A DNA stretch of 64,000 nucleotides. Source: a bacterium (GTDB lineage: Bacteria; Electryoneota; Electryoneia; Electryoneales; Electryoneaceae). The stretch spans positions 224,001 through 288,000 of the forward strand of contig OY769902.1 of NCBI GenBank assembly GCA_963669175.1, read 5' to 3'. A program made the translations under genes and the position numbers. Positions 59,649 to 64,000 of the stretch are shown in pieces. Every line of letters starts with the position of its first letter. The first letter of the stretch is position 1. The notes beneath the pieces were generated by a model. It made no database searches. It saw only the letters and a list, made by a program, of their open reading frames with translations, and was not told the DNA's origin.

Positions 59649-61919
59649 CAGAAGCAATACCTTCCTGACTTGTGACCAGTGGCCGCTTTGGGCGCGAACG
59701 AAATAGGTTCCGGAAGGCGCGTTGGCTTCCCAACCGATCCGATGCCAGCCGGGAGTCAGCTCCCCACGGTGCAATCTTGTTACCTGTCGTCCCAGCACAT
59801 CGAACACGTCAACATCCACAAGCCCACGTTCCGGCACACTCACAATCACCGCCATGCGCGCATTGAACGGGTTCGGGTACGGAGCGCTGAGATCCCACGT
59901 TTCCGGCAATCCTTCCTTCGCGGTTTCCGATACTCCGGTCAGGAAAAAGTCAAACATCTGACTGGAGAAACGTCGATGCCCGAAAATATCCTCAGCCACC
60001 ACACGCCAGCGATAGGTCTCTTCCCATTCAAACTGGGATTCATCCACGGTGAAGAAAGTATCCATCCCGACAGGGTAGGTAATGGGATCATCAAACTGGG
60101 CTATGGGCGCCAGTTCCAGCGTATAACTGACCGTATCCCCGATGGTAAAATCCAGGGCACGGCTCCAGGTAAACGTAACCGGCGTCTCAAGGATCAACTC
60201 ATCCTCTTGCGGCGATAGCAGGTTAAAGATACGTGGGGGCAAGCCTTCACTGGTGACACGAAGTTCACGGACTTCACTGGTATCCATCAGCCAGACATCA
60301 TCGTAGGCGATCACGCGCCAGTAATAGGTGTTCTCGTAGTCAAACCAGCTCACAATACGGCTTGGCTGGGGAATGAAATAGTATTGATCCGGGTCTGTGA
60401 ATGCCTCATCAAGCGACAATTCGAGGATGTAATGAATGGTATCATCCGGATTGGGGTCTGTGGCTTCTTCCCATGTGAAGCGTATCGGAAGGGTGTCATT
60501 AATTGCGCCATCATTCGGATGATTCAATGCCAGTCCAACAGGATTTCGAAAATTCGTAAAGGGAGTTGAAGAGAAAGGGATAACATCAAGAAGTGTACTG
60601 ACCGTGTCACCCTGACCATTGGGGTTCTGCTCTTCCTGGTAGGGACCGGAAGGATGGCCCCAGTAGTTGTTTGTTACATTCATCACGGTTTCCAGAGTAT
60701 CCTCAATATAGAAACCTGCTGCTCTAGGACGATTACTGTAAATATCATTATGATAAGCCATAAGTTGGGAACATCCTCGTGCATCTATAGCGCCAAAATA
60801 TTGATACTCTGGTTCTTCTTCTTCCCTTAGGTTACCTATTATCAGATTATTATATGATTCTACGTGTGGTTCATAATGATTTACTGGAATGACAAGATAT
60901 GCCCCAGCATTTCTTGCAACGTTACCTACTAGTATGTTGTCATGAATTTGCAAATTAGCAGATAGAATAGCAGCACCACCATCACCATATGCATAATTAT
61001 TAAATAATCTATTCTCGGATATTTCGCAAAACACAATGCTATCAATTATTTCTAAGCCTCCTCCAAAACCTGTATTAATCTCTTCACCTTGATCTGCAAG
61101 GTTAAATGCAATATAATTACTTTTTATCCATACAGAATCCATTCCTGATGCTAATATACCTCCTCCGTGAGTAGATCGATTATTTATTATTACATTATCT
61201 TCTATCTTTGCTTTCTGACTATCCCATCCAATATTGATTGCCCCACCAAAAATCAAACCTCTGTTATTTTTGAACACATTTTCACTGACAACACTTGTTG
61301 AATTTGACCCCGATATTCCACCAGCGATCCAACCCGATGTATTTTGAGTAAAGACACAATTCTTGATTTCATTATGGCCATATGAATGATGCATCGCCCC
61401 CCCACTGTAGCCTGCCATATTCTGTAAGAATTGACATTTATTCACTATAACAGCGCTACTGTCTGTATCAATAGCGCCACCGTATTCCGCATAATTATTT
61501 GTAAAAATACAGTTCTCCAGCAATAGCTCTGATTGATTTGCACGAATCGCCCCGCCAAACTCCTGTTCGTCTGCCAAGTAACCATTTCCAAAGAGTATAC
61601 CTTCTATACTTACCCGAATATCGGGGCCAACAATATCCAGAATGCGCGAATTCGCTAAGGCAATCAGTTGGGTCTCGTGAATCTCCGAGCTGTCATGTGT
61701 GAATACATAAGTACCGAAGAGGCTGAGATCATGATCAACGATTAAACTCTCATTGTATTCACCCGGGTATACCAATACGGTATCGCCTACTTGTGAAGAA
61801 TTAAAAGCATCTGCAATAGTATTATACTCACCGGGCACACGTAATATGGCAGCATTACCACATACGACAACTATTAAAACTAAAACTACCATTATGGATA
61901 AAATACATGCTTCCTTCAT
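59643..61919 (-). CDS. T9SS-sorted right-handed beta-helix (GGAI-repeat) protein with two Ig/FN3-like modules
   Basis: LRVPGEYNTIADA...GDTVLVYPGEY; repeated FxxNxAxxGGAI; NNYWGHPSGP; YYWRVIAYD / YRWRVVAED; PYPNPFNA...RKVLLLK. Confidence 0.85.
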   Translation of the reverse strand: MKEACILSIMVVLVLIVVVCGNAAILRVPGEYNTIADAFNSSQVGDTVLVYPGEYNESLIVDHDLSLFGTYVFTHDSSEIHETQLIALANSRILDIVGPDIRVSIEGILFGNGYLADEQEFGGAIRANQSELLLENCIFTNNYAEYGGAIDTDSSAVIVNKCQFLQNMAGYSGGAMHHSYGHNEIKNCVFTQNTSGWIAGGISGSNSTSVVSENVFKNNRGLIFGGAINIGWDSQKAKIEDNVIINNRSTHGGGILASGMDSVWIKSNYIAFNLADQGEEINTGFGGGLEIIDSIVFCEISENRLFNNYAYGDGGAAILSANLQIHDNILVGNVARNAGAYLVIPVNHYEPHVESYNNLIIGNLREEEEPEYQYFGAIDARGCSQLMAYHNDIYSNRPRAAGFYIEDTLETVMNVTNNYWGHPSGPYQEEQNPNGQGDTVSTLLDVIPFSSTPFTNFRNPVGLALNHPNDGAINDTLPIRFTWEEATDPNPDDTIHYILELSLDEAFTDPDQYYFIPQPSRIVSWFDYENTYYWRVIAYDDVWLMDTSEVRELRVTSEGLPPRIFNLLSPQEDELILETPVTFTWSRALDFTIGDTVSYTLELAPIAQFDDPITYPVGMDTFFTVDESQFEWEETYRWRVVAEDIFGHRRFSSQMFDFFLTGVSETAKEGLPETWDLSAPYPNPFNARMAVIVSVPERGLVDVDVFDVLGRQVTRLHRGELTPGWHRIGWEANAPSGTYFVRAQSGHWSQVRKVLLLK

Positions 61920-62019
61920 AACAGGAACTCCTGTATAAATGAAAGAATGTGTTATCAAGTGAAGACTGACAACACATTCTTCTTTATCTACCTATAAATA
62001 AAGAATTTACCTGATCAGA

Positions 62020-62415
62020 TCAATCTGGATACACAACCGTCTTAAAAATACAGATACCATTGGATCCATCATCCACATGATGCGCTATTGTATTGTTATT
62101 GTCGCTCTGTGTATTCCATAGTAAATTTCCCCAATCCCGATACTCATATGTCGCTGTTCTAAGATAAATCCAACAATCATCAACTCCATTATGAGTAACC
62201 AAAACAGATGCGCTGATACTTCCGGTCAGGTTACGAGCATCCACATGGGATGTTGCCGGATCCCTTCCATCAGAAGCAGTACAAGTGTAATTGTAAGTCA
62301 CTGCATCTCCGGCAGTAAATTCATTATAATAAATAACTTCTGCAATGATATTTGTTACCATTGCCAAGGAAATAAGCAATACTAATGCAAGCAGTGGTTT
62401 CCTCATCCTTCTCAT
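62020..62415 (-). CDS. Small exported hypothetical protein
   Basis: AAGGAG RBS, signal peptide, AT-rich coding sequence, three Cys; directly upstream of the beta-helix gene. Confidence 0.65.
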   Translation of the reverse strand: MRRMRKPLLALVLLISLAMVTNIIAEVIYYNEFTAGDAVTYNYTCTASDGRDPATSHVDARNLTGSISASVLVTHNGVDDCWIYLRTATYEYRDWGNLLWNTQSDNNNTIAHHVDDGSNGICIFKTVVYPD

Positions 62416-62543
62416 GTCACTCTCCTTTATCCTTTATTGCATGCACCGTATCTCATTTTTTGAGATTGGAAGCGGCGCAAGCTTTCTATACAGTCCTTCA
62501 TCCTGAAATAGAAACAGGATGACATCGTTGTTTCATTATCAAA

Positions 62544-62573
62544 ATACTACCCCCCCCCCCCATGCAAAGTCAA
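62544..62573 (-). promoter_or_regulatory. Candidate sigma70 promoter with G12 tract in the spacer
   Basis: Minus strand TTGACT-ttgcat-G12-TAGTAT (18-bp spacer). Confidence 0.55.
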
Positions 62574-62639
62574 GATCTCCGCACATATATTCGAAGAAAT
62601 GCTCAGGACTCTTCGAGTATCAGGTATCCTTTCCCTGCT

Positions 62640-63868
62640 CGATGTGTAGCTGTAGCGTTTTGAGGAAAGCCAAGTGTCGCACTGTTAGCCCCGCCGCTTG
62701 AAGTGTGTGTCCGTTATTGGCCCCGCCGGCTTGAAGCGAGCCGTAGCGAAGCGAAGGCGGCTGCCCGGCGGGGTCTATTCTAAATTCTATCAAGAAGTTA
62801 GTCCGCTTGTTTGTAGAATCCCGAGGCGCTCTTGTGCTGCGTCAAGCGTGGAAATGACTACGAATGTTGACGATTGTATCAGAGTGGAAGGAGCATCATC
62901 TGCGTCTCGGGCCACACGACAGCTTTTCCCGGCCAGGCATGGCCGGGCTACAGGTGGCTTGCACGAAAAGGGGACGGGATCCTTTTCCCCACGTCCTGTG
63001 CCGGACACTCCCGCTGACCTTGCGGAAAAGGAAACTGTACCCTTTTCGCAGTGATAAACCTGATCGCATGGGACAGAAAAGAGTGTTGTACTTCTTGACA
63101 GGCAAAAGGGTACAGTCACCTTTTCGATTACCTGAATCACGAAGTATCTCACCGCCGCGCAACGAAAAGGAAACAGTCCCCTTTTGCTGCAGATGTGTAG
63201 CTTGGCCCCGCCGGCTTGAAGCGAGCCGTAGCGAAGCGAAGGCGGCTGCCCGGCGGGGTCTATTTTAATTTATTCAAAAAGTTAGTCCGCTTATTTGCAG
63301 AATCCCGAGGCGCTCTTGTGCTGCGTCAAGCGTGGAAATGACTACGAATGTTGACGATTGTGCCAGAGGGGAAGGAGCATCATCTGCGTCTCGGGCCACA
63401 CGACCACACGACAGCTTTTCCCGGCCAGGCATGGCCGGGCTACAGGTGGCTTGCACGAAAAGGGGACGGGATCCTTTTCCCCACGTCCTGTGCCGGACAC
63501 TCCCGCTGACATTGCGGAAAAGGAAACTGTACCCTTTTCGCAGTGATAAACCTGATCGCATGGGACAGAAAAGAGTGTTGTACTTCTTCACAGGCAAAAG
63601 GGTACAGTCACCTTTTCGATTACCTGCATCACGAAGTATCTCACCTCCGCGCAACGAAAAGGAAACAGTCCCCTTTTGCTGCAAGTTGGTCTCGTCCAGA
63701 TGCGCTCCTGAATTCAGCTTGTAGTGTGGTCTTCGTTGCGGATTCCGGGTTCAGATAGAATGGAAACATTGTCACTTGCGGATCTGGCCACCCGACCTTC
63801 TTTACCTTCTTTACTTTTTTTACCTTCTTTACGTTTTTCACCTTTTTCACTGCTCACTTTTTTCACTT
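62640..63868. repeat. Mosaic repeat block R4-B (two tandem ~485-492 bp units plus tail)
   Basis: The unit starting 62717 recurs at 63202; tail 63670-63868 matches 59460-59648. Confidence 0.92.
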
Positions 63869-63999
63869 TACCCCGCTACCGCCAAGTATCCCAGCCCAAC
63901 CGCCACCAGCAGGCAAAGCGGACTGATAAGCATGGTGTCCATTTTGCCAAAAGAGGTGCTCCATTCTTTTTTCATGAACCCTTTCAAATCCCTGTCGCC
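63868..63999 (-). CDS. C-terminus of a DUF3995-like membrane protein (truncated by window edge)
   Basis: GDRDLKGFMKKEWSTSFGKMDTMLISPLCLLVAVGLGYLAVAG*; GD...GF.K...F.KMDT...SPLCL pattern. Confidence 0.6.
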   Translation of the reverse strand, partial: GDRDLKGFMKKEWSTSFGKMDTMLISPLCLLVAVGLGYLAVAG

Positions 64000-64000
64000 C

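Noticed and set aside
58668-63850. Many short ORFs with KGTVPF/EKETVPF/KKVKKV peptides (also near 2000, 12300, 19600, 44000, 48600)
   Set aside because: They are translations of the palindromic repeats, appear in several frames and on both strands, and are not genes
58817-63868. CRISPR array or integron attC array
   Set aside because: Units are ~490 bp with mostly conserved interiors; no cas or intI gene is present, and no convincing RYYYAAC...GTTRRRY attC pairs were found

Overview
This is a bacterial chromosomal window, most likely from an FCB-superphylum lineage (inferred from five genes carrying T9SS/Por-type C-terminal sorting domains, PNPFN...YNLLG...K). Recognisable gene blocks are: an ArsR-permease-thioredoxin/CcdA redox cluster; rfbA; a degenerate PAS-chemoreceptor; a minus-strand LysM-FecR / 15xPKD / Cache-HAMP-PP2C trio; a P3A-type H+-ATPase; a B12 radical SAM enzyme; perR-katA-peroxiredoxin; an MCP; a TonB-dependent receptor; and a four-gene Na+-translocating acyl-CoA decarboxylase operon. 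No transposase, tRNA, rRNA or CRISPR array was found. The intergenic DNA is nevertheless full of nested non-autonomous elements: TA-flanked ~320-bp MITEs, six-hairpin palindromic elements, a 395-bp element with Tn5/IS50-like 19-bp ends inserted into one of those hairpins, and ~490-bp mosaic units. Most share an AAAAGG-N2-ACWGT-N2-CCTTTT-like palindrome. These repeats bracket the T9SS cargo genes. One such cassette has a poly-G promoter spacer, a composition break inside its cargo gene, and a repeat scaffold with a variable 81-83 bp slot. All protein family calls are by motif recognition only; no database searches were run.
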